Counted from the first letter of the stretch, positions 27,479 to 47,869 are shown. The stretch: 64,000 nucleotides of DNA from the human T2T-CHM13v2.0 reference genome, Homo sapiens (GCF_009914755.1 NC_060947.1), one strand, 5' to 3'. Program-made: numbers and translations. The notes: a model not told the origin generated them from the letters alone.

Positions 27479-28517
27479 GATTGGCTGGAGCCAAGATGGC
27501 CAAATAAGAACAGCTCTGGTCTACAGCTCCCAGCGTGAGCGACACAGAAGACGGGTGATTTCTACATTTCCATCTGAGGTACCGGGTTCATCTCACTAGG
27601 GAGTGCCAGACAGTGGGCGCAGGACAGTGGGTGCAGCGCACCGTGTGCAAGCCGAAGCAGGGCGAGGCATTGCCTCACTCGGGAAGCGCAAGGGGTCAGG
27701 GAGTTCCCTTTTCTAGTCAAAGAAAGGGGTGACAGACGGCACCTGGAAAATTGGGTCACTCCCACCCCGATACTGCGCTTTTCTGATGGGCTTAAAAAAC
27801 GGTGCACCAGGAGATTATATCCCGCACATGGCTCAGAGGGTCCTATGCCCACAGAGTCTCGCTGATTGCTAGCACAGCAGTCTGAGATCAAACTGCAAGG
27901 CGGCAGCGAGGCTGGGGGAGGGGTGCCCACCATTGCCCAGGCTTGCTTAGGTAAACAAAGCAGCTGGGAAGCTCGAACTGGGTGGAGCCCACCACAGCTC
28001 AAGGAGGCCTGCCTGCCTCTGTAGGCTCCATCTCTGGGGGCAGGGCACAGACTAACAAAAAGACAGCAGTAACCTCTGCAGACTTAAATGTCCCTGTCTG
28101 ACAGCTTTGAAGAGACCAGTGGTTCTCCCAGCACGCAGCTGGAGATCTGAGAACAGGCAGACTGCCTCCTCAAGTGGGTCCCTGACCCCCTGACCCCCGA
28201 GCAGCCTAACTGGGAGGCACCCCCAAGTAGGGGCAGACTGACACCTCACACGGCCAGGTACTCTTCTGAGACAAAACTTAGAGAGGAACGATCAGACAGC
28301 AGCATTCATGGTTCACGAAAATCCGCTGTTCTGCAGCCACCGCTGCTGGTACCCAGGCAAACAGGGTCTGGAGTAGACCTCTAGCAAACTCCAACAGACC
28401 TGCAGCTGAGGGTCCTGTGTGTTAGAAGAAAAACTAACAGACAGAAAGGACATCCACACCAAAAACCCATCTGTACATCATCATCATCAAAGACCAAAAG
28501 TAGATAAAACCACAAAG
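27479..28517 (+). promoter_or_regulatory. L1 internal sense/antisense promoter (5'UTR), YY1 motif AAGATGGCC at 27493-27501
   Basis: CpG-containing 5'UTR with the YY1 core intact. Activity not shown. Confidence 0.7.
27562..27933 (-). CDS. ORF0: L1 ORF0, open, 123 aa (C-terminally extended)
   Basis: MVGTPPPASLPPCSLISDCCASNQRDSVGIGPSEP... matches the ORF0 N-terminus; ATG at 27933 in GCAATGG context. Translation unproven. Confidence 0.6.
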   Translation of the reverse strand: MVGTPPPASLPPCSLISDCCASNQRDSVGIGPSEPCAGYNLLVHRFLSPSEKRSIGVGVTQFSRCRLSPLSLTRKGNSLTPCASRVRQCLALLRLAHGALHPLSCAHCLALPSEMNPVPQMEM

Positions 28518-29534
28518 ATGGGGAAAAAACAGAGCAGAAAAACTGGAAACTGTAAAAAGCAGAGCGCCTCTCCTCCTCCAAAGGAACACAGCTCCTAACC
28601 AGCAACGGAACAAAGCTGGGCGGAGAATGACTTTGACGAGTTGAGAGAAGAAGGCTTCAGACGATCAAACTACTCCGAGCTACAGGAGGAAATTCAAACC
28701 AAAGGCAAAGAAGTTGAAAACTTTGAAAAAAATTTAGATGAGTGTGTAACTAGAATAACCAATACAGAGAAGTGCTTAAAGACGCTGATGGAGCTGAAAG
28801 CCAAGGCTCAAGAACTACGTGAAGAATGCAGAAGCCTCAGGAGCTGATGCGATCAACTAGAAGAAAGGGTATCAGCAATGGAAGATGAAATGAATGAAAT
28901 GAAGCAAGAAGGGAAGTTTAGAGAAAAAAGAATAAAAAGAAACGAACAAAGTCTCCAAGAAATATGGGACTATGTGAAAAGACCAAATCTACGTCTGATT
29001 GGTGTACCTGAAAGTGACGGGAAGAATGGAACCAAGTTGGAAAACACTCTGCAGGATATTATCCAGGAGAACTTCCCCAATCTAGCAAGGCAGGCCAACA
29101 TTCAGATTCAGGAAATATAGAGAATGGCACAAAGATACTCCTCGAGAAGAGCAACTCCAAGACACATAATTGTCAGATTCACCAAAGTGGAAATGAAGGA
29201 AAAAATGTTAAGGGCAGCCAGAGAGAAAGGTCGGGTTACCCACAAAGGGAAGCCCATCAGACTAACAGCAGATCTCTCGGCAGAAACTCTACAAGCCAGA
29301 AGAGAGTGGGAGCCAATATTCAACATTCTTAAAGAAAAGAATTTTCAACCCAGAATTTCATATCCAGCCAAACTAAGCTTCATAAGTGAAGGAGAAATAA
29401 AATACTTTACAGACAAGCAAATGCTGAGAGATTTTGTCACCACCAGGCCTGCCCTAAAAGAGCTCCTGAAGGAAGCACTAAACATGGAATGGAACAACCA
29501 GTACCAGCCACTGCAAAATCATGTCAAATTGTAA
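28518..29534 (+). pseudogene. L1 ORF1p, disrupted
   Basis: ATGGGGAAAAAAC start; 338-codon span with in-frame stops at 28596, 28845 and 29118. Confidence 0.93.
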
Positions 29535-29597
29535 AGACCATCGAGACTAGGAAGAAACTGCATCAACTAACGAGCAAAATCACCAGCTAACATCATA

Positions 29598-33423
<3,826 letters not shown>

Positions 33424-33466
33424 ACAATGAGAACACATGGACACAGGAAGGAGAACATCACACTCT

Positions 33467-33500
33467 GGGGACTGTTGTGGGGTGGGGGGAGGGGGGAGGG
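33467..33500 (+). other. G-rich polypurine/G-quadruplex motif of the L1 3'UTR
   Basis: GGGGACTGTTGTGGGGTGGGGGGAGGGGGGAGGG. Confidence 0.7.
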
Positions 33501-36500
33501 ATTGCTTTAGGAGATATACCTAATACTAAATGACGAGTTAATGGGTGCAGCACACCAGCATGGCACATGTATACATATGTAACTAACCTGCACATTGTGC
33601 ACATGTACCCTAAAACTTAAAGTATAATAATAATAAAATAAAAAAAGAATCTACTGTTTTTATTATATTAATCAGACACTAAATTACTTAGTGCCCCTCT
33701 AAACAGAAAATGAATTATTTTAGAAAAGCAGAACACATTGTTTTTATATAACATTTTGCTTAAGATACTGCTATATAAGTAACTAGGCCCTACCACACTT
33801 GAAAACAAAGAAGAGAAACAAGTGTTTTTGTTTCAATCCACGTCTAGAATGCTTCTCCTATTTCTCCCTTTCCTTTTCTTTTGGCAGATTAGTGACATAA
33901 ATTATTCCTATATTTTATACATTATAATAAGTGTTATGGTCATATTATGTAATATTTTAAAATTATGAATAAAATAAAATTGAAATATGATTTAAAAGTA
34001 ATATAAAAATATAAGCCACACCATGGATAGAACTGTAACATTAATATTTAATTACACATTTATCAACTACTCTAGAACAGTTTTTGAAGCTTGAATTAAG
34101 AAAAAAAATGCCTATAGCTGTTGTTAGGAAACTAGAAATTACTTCTATATTAGATTTTCTTTATATATTTTTCTTTTCCTTTCTTCAGAAATTTTACGCA
34201 CAGAGAATTGAGGTATTCATGGCACACTCTCATCATCAATCTATATACAAAGCAGCTTGGCAATTCTGTTTTTTATTTCCCTTATTCATTTTTGATCTCC
34301 ATTTTTATTACCCTCAAAAGCTTCCGCTCTAATTTGTTTGATACATACCTTTGAATATGTGTGTAATTTTCTAAAATATTAGCATCCTTATTGTCTGTGT
34401 GTGTTTAATATAGATAAATAGTACTATGTTATAGAGCTCATTTTATTTCTTAATTTTTAAAATTCACCCATTCTTTCTAGTTTTGTGAGATACATAGTAT
34501 CCTCTTATTTTTCAACCTTTAAATTATTATATTGAAATTATTTCAACATTTTCTTATTGCTGTTACTTTATTACAAATAATTAGAAATACATTAGTAATT
34601 TTCAATCATACATCAATTAAGTTTTAGAGTGAACACTTGCATACACACAACCTAGATTTCACCAGTAATATTTTATTATAATTGGTTTATCACGTCTATC
34701 TATCTTTTCAAACTATATCATGTATTATCATCTATTATGCATCCATTGTACTTTTGGAATATTTTTAAATAACATAGACATTAGTACACTTCACTTGAAT
34801 ATTTCAGGATGCATATCAGCTAGGGATGAATATTTATTAACATATTTTCCATTTAAAATTTATACAAAATGCATACAAATAAAATGCCCAAACCTTAAAT
34901 GTATGTTTTATGAGTTAAGAAAAATTTATACACCTTTGTAATCCAGCCCCATTCAAAATACAGAACATTACCACTACCCTGAATTTTCCCTCATGCCCTT
35001 TGCACATAAATCTCTACTCCCAATGCCTAAGACTATAATTACTCTTATTTTTTGAAATGCAAATTGTTTAGCCTGTTGTATAACTTCATATAAATTGAAT
35101 CACATATTATGTAGTCTTGTCTGAGGCTTATTCATTTCTTTTGAAAAATAGCTAGGAGCAGAATAAATGAATCATAATGTAAATGTGTGTGTAGAAGAAA
35201 CAACCAGGCCTGTTTCCAAAGTGGCTGTATGATTTTACATTCCCACTAAAAAGCCTGAGAAATCAACTTGGTTCCACATCACCGACAGCTAGTGATGTCA
35301 GTCATTTTAACAATAGCCAGATTTGAGAGTTAGTAGTAGTATTTTGTGGCTTTTATTTGAATTTTCCTAATGGCAAGTGATGTGATTAATAACCATCCAT
35401 ATAATTTCTGTTGTCAAGTATATATATGAAGTTTTGTCCATTTTTTTACTGGAGTGTTTTCTTTTTATTATTGACTTGTAACATGTCTTTATTTATCCTG
35501 CATACTAGCTCTTTTTCAAATATATGGTTTGTGACTTTTTTCTCCCATATTGTGACTTATTTATTTATTTTTAGTTGTGTCTTTTTGAGGAACAGAAGTT
35601 TTATGTTTTGGCAAATCCTATGTTATTACTTTTTAAATATATGGTTATTATTTTCTGTATGATTCCTACTACTATTACTACTACTAGTGCTAGTAGTATG
35701 GAGCATGAGGTAGGTGTCAATGTTCATTTTTTCTATGTAAATGTCCAGTTATTTCAATTTAATTTGCGGAAAACTTTTCTTTGTTCCATTGGATTGCCTT
35801 TGACAAAAATCAAATGATTATAAATGTGTGTGTCTATTTCCAAGCTTTCTATTTTATTCCAGTGATCTATTTGTTGATCCGTATGGCAAAACCACATTTT
35901 GAGTATTGTAGCTTTACACTAAATCTTGAAATAGTAACTAAACCTTTCAGCTGTATCATTGTTAATCAAGATTGCCTTAGATTTGCATATCCATATAAAA
36001 TTTAGAATCTACTTGTTACTTTCTGCAAATAATCTGCTTGGATTTTTATTGAGATTGTGTTTAATCTATAGATAAATTTGAAAAGAATTGACAACTTATC
36101 ACTCTTTGTTCTTAAGTCCATAAATATATGATATTGCACCACTTATTTATGCCTTCTTTATCTCAGCTATTACATTTTCTTATTTTTTAGTGATGAAATC
36201 TTTTAAAAGTTTTTGTTACATTTTTCTAAATACCTTATGCATTCTGATGCTATTGCAAGCAAAATTTCTTTTTTCATTATCATTTTCCAATTGTTTGCTA
36301 TGAATAAATAAAATACAATTAATATTTGTGTATTGAATTGGTATTCCAAAACTTTGCTAAATTTAGCTATTGTTCTTAGTATCTGTTTTGTGGATTTATT
36401 AAGATTTCTTATATAAAACAATCTGTGAATAGAGACAGTTTTACTCCTTCCTTTCTAAACTTAGTCTTTAATTTTTAGTTTTTTTGCATTGGCTAAAATA

Positions 36501-36793
36501 CACAGTTCAATGTTGATCAAAATTAGTGACGGAAGGCATCCTTTTATTGTCCCAAATTAAAGGCAACAAATTCAATTTTGCACCATTTTGTAAGACATAA
36601 AATGTAGATTTTGCATAGTGCTCTTTATCAAGTTGAAGATGTTACCTCCTACTTAAAGGTTGTTGAGGGTTTTTATCATGCATGGTTGTCGACTTTTGTC
36701 AAATGTTTTTTCTGCATTTGTAGAGATGATTGTACTTTTTCTCTTTATTCTATTTATATGGTGAACTGCACTAGTGTATCTTCTAATAAAAAA

Positions 36794-36851
36794 CATGACT
36801 AAGTAGTATTTGTTCTAGGAACACTACTAGAACAAATACTACTTAGTCATG
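36794..36851. repeat. Perfect 25-bp inverted repeat, 8-nt loop
   Basis: CATGACTAAGTAGTATTTGTTCTAG-gaacacta-CTAGAACAAATACTACTTAGTCATG. Confidence 0.97.
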
Positions 36852-37324
36852 AAGATATATTGCTGGATTTAATTTGTTAATATTTTAAATATTTTTCACC
36901 TATGTTAATGAGGGATGATGTTTCTTATTATTTTGCAATGTCTTTGTCAGGTTTTGGTATCAATGTGTCTGGCCTCCTCCATATAATAATAGATATGTGG
37001 CTATTAAGCTATTTGTTTTAATTTATGTCAACTTTGATACATTGTATGTTTCAAATAATGTGTTCATTTTACCTGAATTGTCAGATTTATTGGCATAAAT
37101 TTGATAACATTATCTTATTATCCTTTTAATTTCTGTAATATCTTTAGTGATGTTCCCTCTTACATTTATGATATTGGCAATTTGGTTTTTCTGTTTGTTC
37201 CTGGACAATCTAGCCATAGGTTTATTAAATTTCTTGCTATTTTCAGAGAAATAACTTTAGACTTTGCTATTATTCTCTATTTTAAACAATTTATATTTCC
37301 TTAATATCTGCTCTAATTTTCCAA

Positions 37325-37675
<351 letters not shown>

Positions 37676-40282
37676 TAGGTCACTGATTTTAAAACTTTCT
37701 TTTCATTCTAACATATAAGTTTAGAGTTATAAATTTTTCTCTAAGCACTCCTTTAGCTGCAACAAATCATTATTATATTTTTATTATTATTTGTTTCAAA
37801 ATATTTTCTAATTTCCCATGGGATTTTTAATTTGACTTATGGATTACTTAGAATTATTTTGTTTAATACACAGTTTTTAGGGGTTTTTCTAGATACATTA
37901 ATTTTATTTCCAATTTAATTCCTTTTTTTGCATCATACATGGTACTCTGTATAATTTCACTCATTTTAAATTCATTGAGAAATTTTTTAATGTACCTATG
38001 TAGGATATATCTTGGCGAGCATGCATGTTTCTTTAAAACAATCTGTGATCAGTAGTTGTGGAGTAATGCTCTATTAATATCAATTGGGTCAAGATAGTTG
38101 GTAGTGTTGTTAAGATAATCTATATTTCTGTCTAATTATTCTACTGGGTGCTAAGAATAGTATTTAAACTTTCAACTATTCTCATCAATTCTGTCAATTT
38201 CTGCCTTATGTATTTTGCAGATTTGTCATTAAGTACATGCATTATTATGACTATTATGCCGTTCTGATGAACTGACCTTTATTATCTCTGGTAGTGATTT
38301 TTTTACTTGAAGATTTTTTTGTCTGATTTTATTTTGAACAGTTCAGCTTTCTGATGTTTATAGTTTGCAAGATATATCTGTTCCATCTATTTACTTTATT
38401 TATGTGTTTATGTATAAAGTGTGTTTCTCATAGACCACATATAGTTTGGTCTTATTATTTTATTCCATTTGAAAATCTCTTTTAATTGGATTATTTCATT
38501 AAAATTTAATATAATTATTGATATTATTGGATTTATGTCTACAGTTTCATTGGTTTTGTGTTTACCCATTTTTTGTTTGTTTCTTGGGTCCTCATTACCA
38601 GATTTTGGTTGAATTATTTGTATTTGTATTTTTTTTTTGTTCCAAATCTATTTTAATTTATCTCTTGGCTTTTAGGTAGACTGCCAATTTTTTTGTGTGT
38701 GTATGTGATTGTTCTGTGGATTACAATACACATCCTAAATGTTTCGGTCTTCTTAAATTCAGTATCATATTACATCACATAAAATAAAGAACTTTGCAAA
38801 CTATGGGCCCATATACACTCTTTTATTCTTTGTGATATAATGTGTTGTCTCTTGAAAATATATAAACCTTTATATTATAATTAATGTTTGCACCAAATAA
38901 TCTTATGCATTTTTTTATGAAAAAAATAGCCCTTTATATTTACTGAGTTATTTCTCATATCCAATGCTTTTATGAAGATATGAGTTTCCATCTGTTATCA
39001 TTCTCTTCTGCCTAAATAAATTTATTTAACATTTGTATAGTACAGGTCTGTTTGTGGAAAATTATCTTGGTTTTCTTTTGTCTGAACATTTTTATTTAAT
39101 TTATATTCTTGAAGGATATAATCTTTCAATATAAAATCCTGGATTAACAGTATTTATTTTGTTACATGTTTTAAAGATGTTGATCTACTTTATTCTGTCT
39201 TCCATAGTTTCTAAGAAGTCATTCAAATTGTTGTTCAGTTGAAATTAATAAATAACTTTTTTCCAGCTACTTTTAGTACTTCCTCTTTCATTTTAGGCAG
39301 CTTGGTTATGCGAGGTTTCTTTATATAAATCTTTCTTGAGATCACTGAATTTGGTGGTCCTGTTTTTAGGAATTATTCTGCTTTGGGCTCTTACAGCTTT
39401 TTGAATTACTAAATTTATGTCTTTTGCAAAATTTGCAAAATTTTAAGCCATTATATTTTCCAATACATTTTTCACAGTCTGTCTCTACTCTCCTTTCAGG
39501 ACTCTAATTACACATGTGCTTGATATGGAACTACAAATCCCTGTGAGTATTTTAATTTGGATGTTTCACTTTCTTTTCCTTTTCTCCATTATGGAGAATA
39601 ACTTCTATTGATATACCTTCACATTATCTGCTTTTTCCTTAGTCATGACCATTCTTTTGAGCCCATTCTTTAAAGTAACTTCTGAAACTGTAATTTTCAG
39701 TTGTAGAATTTCTATTTGGTTATATTTTTCTCAAATTTTCTGTCCTTTAATTTATAGTACTTATATTTTCCAATTACTCAATAAGCATAGCTAAAATGCC
39801 TTTTTTAAGTCCTTGTTTGCTAACTCAAATATCTGGGTTATCTTAGGATTGGTCTCTAATGACTGTCCTTTTTCTTGAGGCTTGATGGAGTAATTTTAGC
39901 TTGTATTCTCAACATTGTGAATGCTATACTGAAGAGACTCTGGATGCTGTTTTATAACTCTGAGGAATTGATGTCTTATCAAACAATTAACTTGGTTGAA
40001 CTCAAGTAGCAAACTTTGTCTCTTGGTTGTGAGCTCAAATTTCAGTTCTTTCTTTGATCTTTATCTGGGCTACTCATAGTCTGCTCTGTACATGCATAAT
40101 TCTGGGACCAATCAGAGATTTGGGAAGAATTTATACATAGAATATGGGGCTCCCTTTCTATGTTTATTTATTTTATAGATTTTCCCCATTACTTTCTAGT
40201 GGTTGTGGTTGCCCCAAACTCTGTCCTCTGGGTCATCAAGCAAGGAAAACAATAGGCTTCTTAGCACAGTTTTAACTACTAA

Positions 40283-40480
40283 GGATGTAATGATAAATAT
40301 TTAATAATTTGATGTCTGAAAAAATAAAAATGAAACAATATTGGCATTTTTGATTACCATGATGTAAATACTCACACCATAGCCAACTTTAAGCTGCATG
40401 TGTTATTGAAAATTGAGTTGAGAAGTGACACCCACAAACAGCTGTCCTGAGCCAATGTGAATTGGCTCCAGTACATCATT
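40283..40480. mobile_element. hAT DNA transposon remnant (MER63-like)
   Basis: Terminal GAGCCAATGTGAATTGGCTCCAGTACATCATTG resembles the MER63 end. Confidence 0.5.
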
Positions 40481-41654
40481 GTAAACACCTCACAGGGTGT
40501 TTATATCTCTGTTATAAAATAAATTATTCTAAGGATAAAATCCATAAAAATAAGATACTCATGCTTAGGGCCCTTTTTCCAAGTGTCAACTCACTTTCAA
40601 ACTTCAGAATCTGACTGTTTTTATTACTTTCTATACATATGTTTTGTTAGTTTTTCTTGATGCTTTGTTGTTTTTATTCCTGTGCTATTTTGTGTTTTTT
40701 AAAAATATTTTGTTTATAACTGTAATTGTTATTTATGGGAGGGTAGGTTCCAGGAAGAAGGATATCATTTGATTGTGCCATAAGTGAAAATCTAACATGC
40801 TTTTTGAGATCTAAGCTTATTTCTTAACCTGTATCTGGTTCATTGCTGTAACTACTACTTAGTAGTCCAAGTATGTATTTAACATATTTAACTCCATTCC
40901 TCTTGTGATTATTCCAGGGCTGCCTGTAAAGCCCCAAATCCACAAATAATGCTATAAATATATCATAATCGTTATACATGTATTCTTATGGACTTATTTG
41001 AAGCTTTCTCTGGGGTCCACACTAAAAAGTGGGCCATGTTGTACATATTCCTAGTTTCACAAAGTCCTATCTAATTGTTCTCAAGAATGGCTGTCTTATT
41101 TTCATTTCCACCAGCTGTGCATTAGGTGTACCAGTTCCTCACATCTTTTCCAATCCTTGTTATATCAAAGTGATACATTTTTGTTGATCATAAATTGGCA
41201 TGAATTAATTACTTTAATTCACGTTTCTCTAATTAACAATAAGTAAAAACATCTCAGTATATATTTACAATCAATCAAGCTTCTCCTTCCATCTATTAGA
41301 TATAACTATTCTTTGTTCATTTCGCTATAGTATTTTTCCTTTTTTTTGTTGAAAGAGAAAAATTTCTTGTATATTCTAGATATTAATTACTTGCCTTTTC
41401 TAGATGTTGAACACATTTTATTACTATCTGACTCCTGATATTTACTTTTGAATACAAATTCTTAAGGATTATATAAATAAATCCATCAGTTGTTGTGTCT
41501 TGTTATTTTTGCTTTATGAGTCTCATTATGCACCCCTTTTCAACTTAAGGCCACAAAAGTTTTCTGCCAAATTATCTTCTTTTAGCATTATAATGTTACC
41601 AGTTGTTTCCATGCTTGATAAATAATATAAATAGAAAAATATTATAAAATAATT

Positions 41655-41790
41655 AAGAAGCTCAAAAATTCCTGGGCTTTATCCTAGACGTAATTCATCA
41701 GAACCACTAGGGCTGAAACCTTGGAATTTGCATTTTTATAAGCACCGCTAATACAGTCAGTTCTTTGAGGTATTTGGGAACCCCTAAGTT
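41655..41790. mobile_element. MER5-like hAT remnant
   Basis: ATTCCTGGGC...ATCAGAACCACTAGGG...GGAATTTGCATTTTTATAAGCAC. Confidence 0.5.
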
Positions 41791-41849
41791 GTATGATATT
41801 CATAGTTATTTGCAAATTTGGAATTCCTGAATAGTCTATAAACATTTAG

Positions 41850-44066
<2,217 letters not shown>

Positions 44067-44272
44067 GCCAATGCTCACCAATTCTTTTTAACATAGTACT
44101 GGAATTCCTAGGCAATTAGACAAGAAAAGGAATTAAGTGCATTCTAATAGGGAAGGAAGAAGTGAAATTGTCTGTTTGCTGATAATGTCTTATACATAGA
44201 AAACAATAAAGACCCCCCCATGGTTATAATTGACAAACTAATTCAGTAAAGTTGCAGGACACAATAATCAAA
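44067..44272 (+). mobile_element. Inverted 5' segment of the same L1 (ORF2 RT region)
   Basis: ATGCCAATGCTCACCAATTCTTTTTAACATAGTACTGGAA...AAAGTTGCAGGACACAATAATCAA on the + strand. Confidence 0.75.
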
Positions 44273-44312
44273 ATTTAGTTTAAAAAAACGAAGTGTCTTT
44301 AATATATGACAC

Positions 44313-45046
<734 letters not shown>

Positions 45047-46453
45047 CTTTACTGTTCTGCAAGAACATCCAGCTCAGTTTTCTTATTTCAACCCCAGAAG
45101 TTGCAAAGGTTTAGAAATAACATGGGGAATGAAATATCTCCTTTTAATGAAATTATTTGAATTTAATTTATTCAACAAACATTTATGAAATATCTACTGG
45201 GTGCCAGATAGCTAGACTAATATAATAAAGTCTACCCTTCATCTCTACCTATTAATAGTAGTATTCATATAGAGAAAGTATATTTTCTGGATCTTTTGGC
45301 ACTGCTTATAAGATGGCTTCCTTGTGTCCTTTGAAGGCTGAGGTAAAAAAACTGGCATGAAAAACCTTTACAGAGGAACGATACAAGCCACCTGGCAACC
45401 AGACATGTCTTTGCATACCTAACTACAACTCACGTAGGGGTGAATGTCAAAACATAACAATGCCTGTTATCACATATTAATGTGAATAGCCTTCCAAAGT
45501 ATGCTGATTTATAAAATTAGAGATTAAATAATTTTATATTGCCCTAGAACTTCATTTTTTAATTAATCTATTCATATAATTGTGAGAGAAATGCATTGTA
45601 GAGATTCTTCTCATTCTATTTGAATGCAGTCTTCTTTTGATCCTGAACTTAGTGAAGAACTAAGAATATAATGCAGTCACCATTTCTCCTTCCAAATTTC
45701 AATATTTTCTAAAACTTTTTATGAGGAAGACTACCATGTGGTGTTATCTAAGAAAAAGCAGGTCAAAATGACTCTCTGAAATGATTTCTAAATAAAGAAT
45801 TTGCCTCATTTTATTTTCTTTTTCTCTGCTCATCATCATTGCTTGTAAGGAATTCTTTCAAGAAATATACAGCAATCTTATTATTCTGATGTAAATGAAG
45901 CCATGTCAAACCATCAAGGATTTCTTGTCATGAAATTTCACTTAAACAGTTTCTAACTTCAACTGGTAATTCTCTTATCTTATTCCAAAATATAAGTCCT
46001 TGTTCAGTCATCCTGGGGAACCTATAACAGATATATGTAGGCTTGGATCTTGCCATAAGCACTATATTTCATAATAGCTCTTCTCTTTAGCTTTAAACTG
46101 AAAAGGCACCTCACTACAAAATTTGTCACTGAAAATCTATTGTATTTAGAGAAAGTTTATTGACTCTTGAAGTTTTACTAAGAATGTGATTTTTCTTTTC
46201 CCTGTTCCTCCTGTGTTATGTAAAATTTAGTTAAAATGGTGCTAAATATTTGACAACCTCTAACCAAGTGAACTTCACTTGCATAAATTTACTTCTAGGA
46301 GTCTGACATTAGTATTCATCTCCCATAACAATAAGATTTGTCTATATAGCATTGTTTGTACATATATAAAATCTGTGTACAACATATGCAGACAGAGTTT
46401 ATGTGTGTACAAATATTTTATCAGGTTTTAAATACAGTTTTTTCTTAGCACTA

Positions 46454-46763
46454 GATGCCCCAGATCCCCGGGAAGTGTAAGTGAGCAAACAGCACCCATG
46501 ATGGAATCTGGTTGATCAAAAGAGTGAAGCTCGAATATATGAGAGGGGAAGAGAGTCGCTCATGGGGATTCTCCTTTCCTCTAAGGGATCCATGAAACTA
46601 AGGCCAAGGGAGAGCACTTTGTTTCTTCTAAACCCTGGAGCTAATTTTGGGAGAGGCTTGGAGACTCTGAGAGGTAAAGATATTAGACAAAGTTGCTGGC
46701 ATTTTCCCAGACCCGAGACCAAGCTGAGGAAACAATTTTCAATCCAGGCTTTTACAAAGTCAG
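46454..46763 (+). repeat. 310-bp direct copy of 49296-49605 (L1 5'UTR segment)
   Basis: Identical except T46697 versus C49539; offset 2842 bp. Confidence 0.97.
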
Positions 46764-47146
46764 CACTAGTTTTACAAAGTTAGCACTAGTTTGAAGAAAA
46801 TGTAGTTCAAATTTCCCATTGCACTTATGTTTCTCACTGAATATCAAACAAAATATACATTTCCCCTTTCTCTTTAAGTCAGCCCACATTTGGGGTAAAT
46901 GATTTTTTTCCCCTTTGGTTTACTGTGAATGAAATACAACCTTTCCAATCCTTAACGTGGATAAATACATTCTACTTATAAATTGTAGTGATTTTAGAGA
47001 CAAAAACTAGAGAGAAAAAACCAACCAGCATGTTTTACAGTTTTGAATGTCTACATATTCAGTGTCTTCCTGACTTAAATATTTCTCTCTCTCTGACTTG
47101 CCTCCACTATCTAAAATTATCTGATTCTCTGACTAGTCTTAATTTC

Positions 47147-47440
47147 TTCTTCTTTTTAGACAGAGTCTCGCTCTTTCATGGAGGCTGGTGTGCAGTGGTG
47201 CAATCTCAACTCACTGTAACCTTCACCTCCCGGACTTAAGAGATTCTCTTACCTCGCTTTGCCATGTAGTTGGGATTACATGTGTGTGCCATCACACTTG
47301 GCTACATTTTTTTCTTTGTTGGTAGAGATAGGGTCTCACCATATTGCCCAGGCTCGTCTCTAAGTCCTGGGCTCAAGCAATCCACTCATCTCAGCCTCCC
47401 AAAATGCTAGGATTACAGGCCTGAGCCTCCAGGCCCAAAC
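47147..47440 (-). mobile_element. AluJ
   Basis: CTGGGCTCAAGCAATCC J-type diagnostics; TSD TAGTCT(T/C)AATTTCTT. Confidence 0.9.
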
Positions 47441-47574
47441 TTAGTCTCAATTTCTTGCTTGTTAAGGTGGTATATGGTACCCAGAAGTTTGAATAATACC
47501 TTGAATTTTCACAAATGTAGGATCAGGGGTCATAGAAGAATTCCTCTTAAAAGTACATCTTGGAATTAGCATAA

Positions 47575-47815
47575 CAGGTTGATAAAGAGCATAGGCTTTC
47601 TAAGCCTCATAGACTAGGGTTTGAAGCCTGACTCTGTCACTTAATAATAGCAGTGACCTTGGGCAAGTCACTTAACTATTTGAGTCTCAGTCTCTTCATG
47701 AATAAAATGATGATAGTAATATTTGCCTCTCAAGTATATTTTAATAACAAAATGTAATAATATGTATATTAAATGTAAAGTATAGTGCCTTGCATATAAT
47801 AAGCAGTTAATCATT
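47575..47815 (+). mobile_element. MIR
   Basis: GTGACCTTGGGCAAGTCACTTAAC...GAGTCTCAGT...ATAAAATG core. Confidence 0.85.
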
Positions 47816-47869
47816 GTTTTACACATTGGGTGGGATTATAGTAATCCTTCATTACATATGACTTGTGTT

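Noticed and set aside
46516-46783. Duplicated ORFs (46516/46562 and 49358/49404) as paralogous genes
   Set aside because: Incidental ORFs within the duplicated L1 5'UTR segment.
46751-46792. 20-bp direct repeats as a CRISPR-like array
   Set aside because: Only two units, no spacers, eukaryotic context; explained as a repair junction.
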